From: Vulcanimicrobiales bacterium
GTDB taxonomy: Bacteria; Vulcanimicrobiota; Vulcanimicrobiia; Vulcanimicrobiales; Vulcanimicrobiaceae
Direction of reading: 5' to 3'
Assembly: GCA_038231455.1 (NCBI GenBank)
Contig: JBBRLI010000001.1
Coordinates: forward strand, 224,001-288,000
DNA: 64,000 nt
Shown here in pieces: positions 10,201-18,941 of this stretch. Positions within the stretch are counted from its first letter, which is position 1. The number at the start of each line of letters is the position of its first letter. The notes beneath the pieces were generated by a model. It saw only the letters and a list, made by a program, of their open reading frames with translations. It was not told the DNA's origin and searched no databases. The position numbers and the translations under genes are program-made.

Positions 10201-10253
10201 GCCAAGAGTCTAGCACATGTCGAGGGCACCTTGGAAGATGGCGTCTCTAATCT

Positions 10254-10266
10254 GCTATAATGTAGC
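10254..10266 (+). promoter_or_regulatory. -10 box (TATAAT) inside a short inverted repeat GCTA-N5-TAGC; probable leaderless promoter/operator
   Basis: TATAAT at 10256-10261, 6 nt before ATG 10268; no RBS. Confidence 0.55.
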
Positions 10267-10267
10267 T

Positions 10268-10558
10268 ATGAAACAGGTTCGAATTTCCGATGCAAAAGCG
10301 CGACTCTCGGAAATTGTACGCGAAGCTGTAGCTGGCGTGTCGACCATCTTAACCCGAAATGGCGAACCGGTCGCGAAGATCGTTCCGATGCCGCTCGCGA
10401 GAATTCGCGAATTTGGTTTTGACGATGGGCTTGGGCGAATTGCCGATGACTTCGATGACCCTCTCCCAGCCGATATCCTCGCAAAGTACTTCAACATAAA
10501 AATGAGCCGCGCTGATTGGCGCGACTCACTTTCTCGTCTTGGGATGTTGTCGCTCTAG
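10268..10558 (+). CDS. Phd/YefM family antitoxin
   Basis: MKQVRISDAKARLSEIV...ITRNGEPVAKIVP-like N-terminus and GRIADDFDDPLP tail. Confidence 0.85.
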   Translation: MKQVRISDAKARLSEIVREAVAGVSTILTRNGEPVAKIVPMPLARIREFGFDDGLGRIADDFDDPLPADILAKYFNIKMSRADWRDSLSRLGMLSL

Positions 10559-11595
10559 AAGACGGGAATGATATCTTCCGGGCCGATGTCGCCGACGTCG
10601 ACGCCGTCGAGGTCAAGTTCCGGAATCGCGGGGAATGCGATGCCCCACTCTTCAACGATCGCGCGAACGCGCGCGAGCGCCGTACGCCAGTTTTCCGCTT
10701 GTTCGTCAAACGTAAGCACGCCGAGGCCGCCATCGCGCGCGTGCTGCACGAGCACGCGGTGGTTCGGTAAGAAGTAATCCGGGATATCCCAGAACTGATT
10801 GGGCGGCTCCCAGAGGATCATCGAGAGAAACACGAAGCCCGCGCGCAGTTGCTTAGTGATGAGCGTTTTATACTCATCGCTCAGTCCCGGCCAATCTTTT
10901 TCGAGAATCGTCAAGCAGATCGCGAGATGTCGCGCTTCGTCCTGGCCGACTTTCTTGAAGATTTCTTTGAAGAGCGGATGTGTTGCTTTCTTCGACATGC
11001 CGAAGAACAGCGTCGAACTTGCCACTTCACCCATCATGAACGATGTGAAGAGCACGCTGAGCGGATACTTCGCAAGCGAATCCGAGTAGCCGTTCCAGTA
11101 CCGGCCGCCATTGTGATAGAGCCAGCCGATGTTGTTTTGTGCGGCGCGCTCGAGATCGGTCGTCGCGGTGAAGTCGAGCGGACCGCCGGGAATTAGTCCC
11201 TGAATCGCGCGCTGGCATACTTCTTCGTGATTCATCTCATCGTGCGTGATCGCAAAGAAGCACTTGCGGATCGGATCTTCCGAATGTTGCTCGAACGCGT
11301 GAATCGTCGCTTTGGCAAACACCGCGGGGCCGGAGCCATCGAAGTTCGCAAGCACGGCGTACCAATACATGATACCGGCGCGCTGTTCGGGCGTGAAATC
11401 TTCGGGGCGTAATTGCGACCAATCAAAGTCCGAGGGATTCCACGCCATGCGTTTGGACTTCTCGTAAATCTCAACGAGCTTCGGGGTATCGACGCGCCAC
11501 TCCATCGGATAGATGTTGGGCTGCGGAACCGCCGGCGGCGGAATGAGTCCGCCTTCGGGAATCACCAGTTGCGGTTTCGGAATGCTGATCGCCAT
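10555..11595 (-). CDS. Ferritin-like di-iron-carboxylate protein
   Basis: Two D-E-x-x-H motifs (DEMNH, DEARH) and an intervening GE helix; GGAGAG RBS. Confidence 0.75.
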   Translation of the reverse strand: MAISIPKPQLVIPEGGLIPPPAVPQPNIYPMEWRVDTPKLVEIYEKSKRMAWNPSDFDWSQLRPEDFTPEQRAGIMYWYAVLANFDGSGPAVFAKATIHAFEQHSEDPIRKCFFAITHDEMNHEEVCQRAIQGLIPGGPLDFTATTDLERAAQNNIGWLYHNGGRYWNGYSDSLAKYPLSVLFTSFMMGEVASSTLFFGMSKKATHPLFKEIFKKVGQDEARHLAICLTILEKDWPGLSDEYKTLITKQLRAGFVFLSMILWEPPNQFWDIPDYFLPNHRVLVQHARDGGLGVLTFDEQAENWRTALARVRAIVEEWGIAFPAIPELDLDGVDVGDIGPEDIIPVF

Positions 11596-11700
11596 GCGCT
11601 GAACTCTCCCCTACCAAATGGTTGGCCCTCCTACGGTAGCAAACCCGGGACGTGGGGTCAAGGCGACGGGGCCCGCTCGGTTGCTTTGCGAACAGAACGG

Positions 11701-13168
11701 GATGGCAAGTCCGCATCCGCGCAGCGTGGTCCGCCGCGCCGCCGACATCGCCGCCGAGTCTCTTCCCGAAGACCGGCTAGTCGCGGCGTTCGGCAAGCTC
11801 GTCCATCAGGTCTACAGCAAAGCGCCGGTTCGGGTAGGCCTCTTCTCCGGCGAAGAACTGCGCGTCGAATACGCGCATTTACATCCGCACAACATCGAGA
11901 TCTTCGATTTACCGGAGAGCGATCTGCATGTCTTGCGCGCCGGCAACACCGTTCAGCGCGCCGGCGAAACACTCGTTCCGGTACGCTATGCCTCGCGCAC
12001 ACTCGGCGTAATCGGCGTTCGGCCCGATGCCCCCATTGTCGATCCCGACGTCCTGGAGACATGCGCCGTAATTCTCGCAAGCTCGCTCAATGCCGCACGA
12101 TTGACGCTCGCGAACGTCGCGCTGGTCGATCAGGTCGGGCACGACCCGCTTACGGGCGTTGCGAACCGCCGCCGCTTCGACGCCGCGCTGATCAACGAAT
12201 GGGACCGCATGCGTCGCAGCGGCAAGCCGCTCTCCGTCATGATGGTCGACATCGATTTTTACAAAGCGTTCAACGACCGCTACGGACATCAGCGCGGCGA
12301 TACGTGTCTCCAACTGGTAGCAAAAGCGCTGGAATCGTGTGCGGCCCGTGCAGGCGAATTGCTCGCGCGCTACGGGGGCGAAGAGTTCGGGGCGATCTTG
12401 CCTTCATGCGATGCAACGACCGCGATCCTCGTCGCCGAACGGATGCGATCGACGATCGCGGCGCTCAACATTCCGCACGAAGGGTCGTCCCTCGAACGCG
12501 TCTCGATTACGGTCGGCGTGGCGACGATGATCCCCGATGCCGTGCAGACCTCGCACGAGTTCTTCGCCCGCGCCGACCACTTCGCGTACGATGCAAAGAA
12601 GAACGGCCGCAATCGCGTGGTTGCTGTCGGCTACGAGAGTGTCGAGCCGCCGATCATGCGCACGGCACCGACTCACGTGAATCTCCCCACGCATCTTGCA
12701 AGCGACGAAGACCATGAAGCGCTCGACGAACTCGAGCGCGCGCTCGTGCGCACGCCGCTGGTCACGCTCGTTGGCGCCGATCCCGCCTACCTCATGCGGC
12801 TCGCCTTACGCGCCGGCGTCGAAATTTCACACGCCTTTGAAGACGGCGTTTTCTATGCCGAACTTGCGACGATCGACGATTCCGAAGACGTCATTTTCTC
12901 GATCGGGGCTGCGCTCGGATTACCGCACGACCCAAGCAACGAAGGCGAACGACTGCTCAAACATTTGCGCAGCCGCTCGCTCTTGCTCGTGCTCGACGGC
13001 TGCGGACCCGTGATGGATGCCGTACGCGCCGTGATCCCATCGATACTCGATGCTTCGCCGCACGTGCGAATTCTGGTCACTGCGCCCGCACCGCTCGAAA
13101 TTGCGCGCGAACGCGTGATTATCGGTCACACCGCGTCGCTCTCCGGGACGGCCCGCGTGTCGGCGTAA
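11701..13168 (+). CDS. Diguanylate cyclase (GAF-like, GGDEF, degenerate NB-ARC-like region)
   Basis: DPLTGVANRR, DIDFYK..ND.YGH..GD and RYGGEEF motifs; C-terminal LVTLVG...LLLVLD..ILVT; start uncertain (11618 or 11701). Confidence 0.88.
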
Positions 13169-14190
13169 AGCTCGCGAATCCGGAGAATCTCCGGCAACAC
13201 GTCATAAAACGCATCGACCAGATACGGATCGAAATGCGTACCGCGCCCGCCATCGATCTCCGCACACGCTCGATCGACCGACCACGCTTCTTTGTACACG
13301 CGTTTGGACGTCAACGCATCGAACACGTCGGCCAGCGCGACGATCCGACCCGAAAGCGGGATTGCCACGCCCCGTACGCCGAGCGGATACCCTCGGCCGT
13401 CGAACCGTTCGTGATGCGTCAGCGCGATATCGGCGGCCATTCGCAAAAGCGCGGATTCGCTATCGCGCAAAATGTCGTACCCGTCGCGCGCGTGCGCTTT
13501 CATGATCGCGAATTCATCGGTCGTGTGTCGGCCCGGTTTGAGCAGAATTGAATCAGGTGTCGCAACTTTTCCGATGTCGTGCATCGGTGCGGCGAGAAAA
13601 ATCGTCTCGCACATCGCATCCGATTCTCCAACCGTGCGAGCGAGCAGTTCGCAGTAGTGCGCCATTCGTACCAGATGCGCCCCCGTCTCGCTGTCGCGAA
13701 ACTCGGCCGCCCGCGCGAGTCGATAGACCGTCTCGCGTTCGCGTAGACGAATTGCCTTGGTCGCCAACTGCACTTCGTGCATGAGCCATTCGGCACGATC
13801 GCTCAGCGCGAGGCGACTGGCGCGCAGTTCGAGCAGGTTGAGCGCGCGCGTTTTGAATTCGACCCGATCGACGGGCTTGATGATGAAATCGTTCGCGCCG
13901 GCCTCGAGCATGGTGCGCCTGATCCCAACCGCGTCGTCAGCGCTCAGCGCGAGGACCGGTGTGTCCCCCATACCGGCAAGGGCCCGAAATTCGCCCAGGA
14001 ACGAGATCGCGTGGCCATCGGGTAGATGGTAGTCGAGCACGACGAGCGCCGGATGTTCGCGCAAGCTAGTGAGGCGTGCATCCGCGAGCGTGCCGACGGT
14101 CTGTACGGTGTAGCCTTCGATTTCTTCAGCGTACTTGCGCAGAAGCGCCGCGTCGATTGGCTGATCTTCGACGATCAGGATGCAAGACAC
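13126..14190 (-). CDS. Response regulator REC + HD-GYP c-di-GMP phosphodiesterase
   Basis: REC (ILIVED, LDYHLPDG, IKP); HDIGK, HHERFDGRGYP and ADVFDAL. Confidence 0.92.
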   Translation of the reverse strand: MSCILIVEDQPIDAALLRKYAEEIEGYTVQTVGTLADARLTSLREHPALVVLDYHLPDGHAISFLGEFRALAGMGDTPVLALSADDAVGIRRTMLEAGANDFIIKPVDRVEFKTRALNLLELRASRLALSDRAEWLMHEVQLATKAIRLRERETVYRLARAAEFRDSETGAHLVRMAHYCELLARTVGESDAMCETIFLAAPMHDIGKVATPDSILLKPGRHTTDEFAIMKAHARDGYDILRDSESALLRMAADIALTHHERFDGRGYPLGVRGVAIPLSGRIVALADVFDALTSKRVYKEAWSVDRACAEIDGGRGTHFDPYLVDAFYDVLPEILRIRELYADTRAVPESDAV

Positions 14191-14504
14191 GAATTAACCA
14201 TCCAACGAAAGCAAACATAGCGGCGATAAAGCGCCCCCCACGCGCTCATCACGCGCCCGTGGTCGGCTGACGCAGCAGCTATCACAAGACCTTGCGCCGC
14301 GGTCGTACACGCCGTCGCATCGAGTCCGGCGAATCCGCCTTTGAGCGCATGCGCCTGCCGGGCAACTTCAGGGAACTCGCCGCTCGCGATCGCCCCTTCG
14401 AGTGCAGCGATCTCACCGCAAATCGTCGCGAGCGCAAATTGCAAAAAAGCGCGGCGCCCGATTTCGTCGCCCACAAATGCCTCATCGATATGAGGGAACG
14501 CCAT
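14175..14504 (-). CDS. Hpt histidine-phosphotransfer protein
   Basis: AHALKG motif in a small helical protein overlapping the HD-GYP start; start uncertain. Confidence 0.7.
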   Translation of the reverse strand: MAFPHIDEAFVGDEIGRRAFLQFALATICGEIAALEGAIASGEFPEVARQAHALKGGFAGLDATACTTAAQGLVIAAASADHGRVMSAWGALYRRYVCFRWMVNSCLAS

Positions 14505-14668
14505 CGGCTCACGGCTGCAACGCACGCGCACCGCGCGACGCGCGCGGGCTGAAGCGGGATTCATCATCGAACACCCTCGGTCAACATGGTTTTGCGAGAT
14601 TCGACGCTCAGTGCCCCCGCTACGTTGCAGGTTCGTGCAATCGCTGCGATCGTGCGTGCGATCACGTT

Positions 14669-15253
14669 TTAAGTTCGGTGGACGATCAGCCCCTCGAAAA
14701 GTAACGCATCGAGCGTCTCCGCAACGCCGAGACCCGAGCCGGTACGTCCGGGTCGGTACCACTCGACAACCGAATTGGACATGCCGAAAATGAGGCGCGC
14801 GATGAGTCGCGCATCGAGATCTGCACGAATACTGCCGTCGCGCTGCGCCTGCATGATTAACTCCGTGGTCATCCGATCGAACGCACGGCGGCGTTCGAGC
14901 GCGTCGCGCTGAATCGGAGACGTGCCGCGGACGCGAAAGAGCACGGTGAGTTCCGGTAGGAGAGCGAGGGTCGTTTCGGAGACCCGCCGGACGATGTACC
15001 GCAACCGCGCGAGCGGCGGGTCCTCCCGGGCTCCGGCTTCCTCTAAGAGCGCGAAGAGCGCGTCGAGGGCGCGCTTGAGACCGCGTTCGAGAAGCGCCTC
15101 TTTACCGGTGACGTGATGGTAAATGCTCGCCTTGGTGATGCCTGCAGCCCGCGCGACATCATCCATCGACGCTCCGTCGTAGCCGCGCTCCGCGAATACC
15201 GCAAGCGCGACGTCCGTGAGCGAATCGATATCGTAAGGTTTACGCGTTTCCAC
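14669..15253 (-). CDS. TetR family regulator (PaaR-like)
   Basis: F.ERGYDGASMDDVA..AGITKASIYHH HTH; RLIFGMSNSVVEWYRP C-terminal region. Confidence 0.85.
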   Translation of the reverse strand: METRKPYDIDSLTDVALAVFAERGYDGASMDDVARAAGITKASIYHHVTGKEALLERGLKRALDALFALLEEAGAREDPPLARLRYIVRRVSETTLALLPELTVLFRVRGTSPIQRDALERRRAFDRMTTELIMQAQRDGSIRADLDARLIARLIFGMSNSVVEWYRPGRTGSGLGVAETLDALLFEGLIVHRT

Positions 15254-15304
15254 CTTCGCCGAGGATTCGACGAGGGGCGCAGGCGTCCCGGGCGAGGGGC
15301 AGTA

Positions 15305-15320
15305 GGGGGTGTTCACCCCC
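15305..15320. promoter_or_regulatory. Perfect palindrome between divergent tetR and E1-alpha genes; candidate operator
   Basis: GGGGGTG-TT-CACCCCC. Confidence 0.45.
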
Positions 15321-15338
15321 GCGTAGCACGATCCGCGT

Positions 15339-16352
15339 ATGGCGCAATCGACGAAAGCACTCCCGCACGGGCTCAGCAAAGACCAGTTGCTGCTCGTGTT
15401 CCGAAACATGCTCACGCAGCGAGCCGTCGACACGCGCGGATTCCAGCTCAATCGCCAGGGGAAGATCGCAATCGCCATGGGGTCGGAGGGCCACGAAGCC
15501 GTCCAAGCCGGCGCGGGTCTGGCCTTCGTTCGCGGGCGCGACGTGCTCTACCCATACTATCGGAATACGGGGATTACGCTTGCTTGCGGCTTTCCGCTCG
15601 AGGATCTCTTCCGATCGCAATTCGCGCGCGCGACGGATCGCACCAAAGGTCGGTCGATCATCAACCACGTCACCGCACGCGACCGCGGCATCGCTTCGAT
15701 CAGTTCGATTATCGCCTCGCAGTGCACGCACGCCGTCGGCGCCGCGTATGCGTTCCGCTACCGCAAGGAGAACGACCGCGTGGTGCTCTGCACGTTCGGT
15801 GAAGGCGCGACGAGCGAAGGAGAGTGGCACGAAGCGATGAATTTCGCCGCCGTTCATAAGGTGCCGGTCGTGTTCTTGTGCGAGAACAACCAGTGGGCGA
15901 TCTCGACGCCAATTAGCAAACAAATGGTCGTCCCGGACGTTTCGGCACGCGCAGCCGGTTACGGTATGCGCGGCGTCGTTTGCGACGGGTTCGATCCACT
16001 CGCCGTCTACGCGGCCGTGCGCGACGCACGCGAGTATGCGCTTGCCGGGAACGGCCCGACCTTGGTCGAGGCAAAGTGCTACCGATTTCTCTCGCACACG
16101 ACCGATGACGATGACAAAACCTACCGGTCGCGCGAAGAAGTCGCATTACAGCGCCAAAACGACCCCGTCCCGCGCTACGAGCGTTGGCTCATCGAAAACC
16201 ATTTGATCGATGCGGCCCAGGCCGAAGCGATGAAGAACGACGTGACGCGGGTCGTGAATGAGACAACCGATGCGGTCGAGCAAGAGCCGCTCCCGCAAGC
16301 AAGCGATCTCTACGGCAACGTTTACGCGGGGGCCGACGCGCCTTGGATCTGA
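15339..16352 (+). CDS. 2-oxoacid dehydrogenase E1 alpha subunit (branched-chain type)
   Basis: GHEA.Q, YPYYR, GEGATSEG...ENNQWAIS TPP motif, SHTTDDD..TYRS. Confidence 0.9.
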   Translation: MAQSTKALPHGLSKDQLLLVFRNMLTQRAVDTRGFQLNRQGKIAIAMGSEGHEAVQAGAGLAFVRGRDVLYPYYRNTGITLACGFPLEDLFRSQFARATDRTKGRSIINHVTARDRGIASISSIIASQCTHAVGAAYAFRYRKENDRVVLCTFGEGATSEGEWHEAMNFAAVHKVPVVFLCENNQWAISTPISKQMVVPDVSARAAGYGMRGVVCDGFDPLAVYAAVRDAREYALAGNGPTLVEAKCYRFLSHTTDDDDKTYRSREEVALQRQNDPVPRYERWLIENHLIDAAQAEAMKNDVTRVVNETTDAVEQEPLPQASDLYGNVYAGADAPWI

Positions 16353-16411
16353 TCCAATAAACGTCTTTCGCGCTTAGGTCGTCCAAACGCGGGTACGATC
16401 CCGTACGGTTT

Positions 16412-16452
16412 TGTCTACCCCGTAGACATCTGAGCCGGCCCGTATCCCGTTT
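16412..16452 (+). promoter_or_regulatory. Palindrome TGTCTAC-N3-GTAGACA followed by ATCT-N16-CGTTT (copy 1)
   Basis: Directly upstream of the Ni/Co operon; same arrangement recurs at 21687. Confidence 0.6.
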
Positions 16453-16461
16453 GGTGTTTGA

Positions 16462-18132
16462 ATGATATTGCGACGTCTCGCGCCGCTCTTTCTCGTGGTT
16501 GCCGCGCTTTTTGCGCGTCCTGCCGACGCGCATCCGCTCGGCAACTTCACAATCAATCATCTCGTGCGCGTGACGGCAAATGCGAAGTCGTTGGATCTGC
16601 GTTACGTGGCTGACTTCGCCGAGATTCCGTCATACACGATCCTCCGCCAGATGGCGACATCAGCGAAACCGACGAAGACGCAGCTCGATTCGTGGGCGCG
16701 GACCGAAGCAGCGACGATTGCAAACGACTTGCATGCAAGCGCCGACGGAAAGACCCTCGCGCTTGCGCCGCGCACGGCTCAGGCGAGGACGAAGCCCGGC
16801 GCCGGTGGCCTTCTGACGATTCGACTGGTCGCCTCGTATGCCGGCGATGCTCCCGGTTCGATCGCGCATGTGGTCGTTCACGATGCAACGTACGCCAATC
16901 GTCTGGGCTGGAAAGACATGGTTCTTGCGCCGGCGACCGAGCCGACACAAGAACTTACCGTCTATCCGAACGCTCTGGTGGGGTCGCCACGCCAAACCAC
17001 GATGCTTGCCTTTACGATCGATGCGCGCGGCGTTGCGATTCGAACCGATGCGCCCCGCGCCGTCGAAGGGCAGACCGTAGCGTCGCCGGGTCTCGCGCGC
17101 AGCAATGCACTCTCCGATATGCTCGCCCATGGCGACGGTAGTTTGACGTTCTTTATCGGTGCGTTGCTTTTAGCGATCGGGCTCGGCGCACTGCACGCAC
17201 TCGAACCCGGCCACGGGAAAACGCTGCTTGCGGTTTCGCTGGTCGGCGCGCGTGCGACGATGCAACAAGCAGCAATTCTTGCCGGGGCCTTGACCGTGGC
17301 GCATACGGCGGGCGTACTCGCGCTCGGTGTTGTCGTCCTGTACGCCGCACGCTGGATTGTTCCCGAGCAGATTTACCCGTGGATAACCTTAGGATCGGGC
17401 GCCGTCGTTGCGTATCTCGGCGCGCAAGCCCTCGCACGATACGTTCGTGCTCGCCGTCCGGTCGCTCACGCACACGTCCACGATCATCGCGATGCACAGC
17501 CGCATGCTCACGAACACGCGCACGGGCTCGCGCTCGGCGATCACGACCACCAGCATGGCGAAGAAACGGACGCGGCGTTTGCGGCACGAATGTTCGCCCG
17601 GCATCGTCACGAGCACGACGCAAATCTTCCGCACGCGCACGACGCGGCGCCCCACTCGCACGAGGGCCTCGACGATGAAGCGCACGCGCTTGCGCACCGC
17701 ATACCGGGAACGGCACCGCTGAAATTCCGCACCGCCGTCTTCGCGGCGATGAGCGGCGGAATCGCTCCCTGCCCGGCAGCGCTCGTCGTCTTGCTCGCAG
17801 CAATCCAACTCAAAGAGATCGGCCTGGGTTTGATTCTCATCGTCGCATTCAGCTTCGGACTCGCTGCCGTCCTCACGGGCCTTGGCATCGCCGTCGTTCG
17901 CAGTGCATCGTGGCTTGGCAAGCAGAAACGCTTCGAACTTTTCACGCGCTACGCGCCGCTCGTGTCGGCGTGCGTCATCGCGTTCATTGGATCGGCGCTC
18001 GTCGCGCAGGGTCTCGTCGATCAAGGCGTGCCGCTCCCGCTCATGGCGATCGCCGCGCTCACCCTGCTTGCCATTGCCGGTTACGCCTTCGCCCCGCGCC
18101 ACGCCCACCGCACAAAGTCGGTGGCGGCATGA
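16462..18132 (+). CDS. RcnA/NicO-family Ni/Co transporter with exported N-terminal domain and His-rich loop
   Basis: Signal peptide ADA|HPLGNF; HALEPGHGK and PCPAA motifs; His-rich loop at about 17466-17700. Confidence 0.85.
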   Translation: MILRRLAPLFLVVAALFARPADAHPLGNFTINHLVRVTANAKSLDLRYVADFAEIPSYTILRQMATSAKPTKTQLDSWARTEAATIANDLHASADGKTLALAPRTAQARTKPGAGGLLTIRLVASYAGDAPGSIAHVVVHDATYANRLGWKDMVLAPATEPTQELTVYPNALVGSPRQTTMLAFTIDARGVAIRTDAPRAVEGQTVASPGLARSNALSDMLAHGDGSLTFFIGALLLAIGLGALHALEPGHGKTLLAVSLVGARATMQQAAILAGALTVAHTAGVLALGVVVLYAARWIVPEQIYPWITLGSGAVVAYLGAQALARYVRARRPVAHAHVHDHRDAQPHAHEHAHGLALGDHDHQHGEETDAAFAARMFARHRHEHDANLPHAHDAAPHSHEGLDDEAHALAHRIPGTAPLKFRTAVFAAMSGGIAPCPAALVVLLAAIQLKEIGLGLILIVAFSFGLAAVLTGLGIAVVRSASWLGKQKRFELFTRYAPLVSACVIAFIGSALVAQGLVDQGVPLPLMAIAALTLLAIAGYAFAPRHAHRTKSVAA

Positions 18133-18941
18133 TGCTCGTCGGCGGCGCGTTCACCGTCTTCGTGCTCGGACTACGGCACGGCGCCGATCCCGATCATCTC
18201 GCGGCAATCGACAATGTTACGCGCAATTCGTACGAGCGCTCACCACGTCTTAGCCGCTTCGTCGGCACGCTTTTCGCCGGGGGCCATACCGTTATGGTGA
18301 TGGCAATCTCCGTTCTCGTCGGCTTACTTGGGACGCGTTTTGCCGAGCACGGTGCGATTATCGAACGAGTTGGCACGTATCTCTCCATCGCCGTCCTCGT
18401 CGCGCTGGCCGCGGCCAACATTCGCTCGCTACGACGCGGCGGCACGGGCCTCGTCAGTCTGAAGTCCCGCCTCTTGCCAAAGCAGCTGCGCGAGGGTTCG
18501 AGCGCGCTGCTCGCGATTCCAATCGGACTGCTCTTCGGATTCGGCTTCGAGACCTCAAGCCAAATCGCGACGTACGCCGTTGCCTTCGCGAGCACGTCGG
18601 GCGTGTTCGGCGCGGTGATCGTCGGTGCGATGTTTTGTCTTGGCATGATCGTTACCGACACGCTGGATAGCGTGCTCGTGCACCGGCTCGTTTCCTACCG
18701 GCGGGAAACACTCCCGCGCGTGATGCGGACCTGGATCTGGTCTGTCACGCTCGTCGCGCTCACGGTCGCGGCATATGAATTCGCGCAAGTCCTGGGTTGG
18801 CGGTCGCCGCTCTCGGATATGGCGTTTAGTGCGATGCTCGTCATCGCACTGGTTACGGTTTTCGTCTACGTGTTCGTCAAGACACGCAGCGTCACCGAAT
18901 CCGTCACCATGGCACCCCCCACAGGAGAGGTCATTCCATGA
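18129..18941 (+). CDS. NiCoT/HoxN-like Ni/Co permease (divergent)
   Basis: GLRHGADPDHLAAIDN, FAGGH and LFGFGFETSSQ; ATGA coupling to the upstream gene. Confidence 0.82.
   Translation: MMLVGGAFTVFVLGLRHGADPDHLAAIDNVTRNSYERSPRLSRFVGTLFAGGHTVMVMAISVLVGLLGTRFAEHGAIIERVGTYLSIAVLVALAAANIRSLRRGGTGLVSLKSRLLPKQLREGSSALLAIPIGLLFGFGFETSSQIATYAVAFASTSGVFGAVIVGAMFCLGMIVTDTLDSVLVHRLVSYRRETLPRVMRTWIWSVTLVALTVAAYEFAQVLGWRSPLSDMAFSAMLVIALVTVFVYVFVKTRSVTESVTMAPPTGEVIP

Noticed and set aside
16352-16461. NiCo or cobalamin riboswitch before the metal operon
   Set aside because: Only about 110 nt and no recognisable conserved core; an imperfect long inverted repeat exists (16383/16454), but the operator reading is better supported by the second copy at 21687
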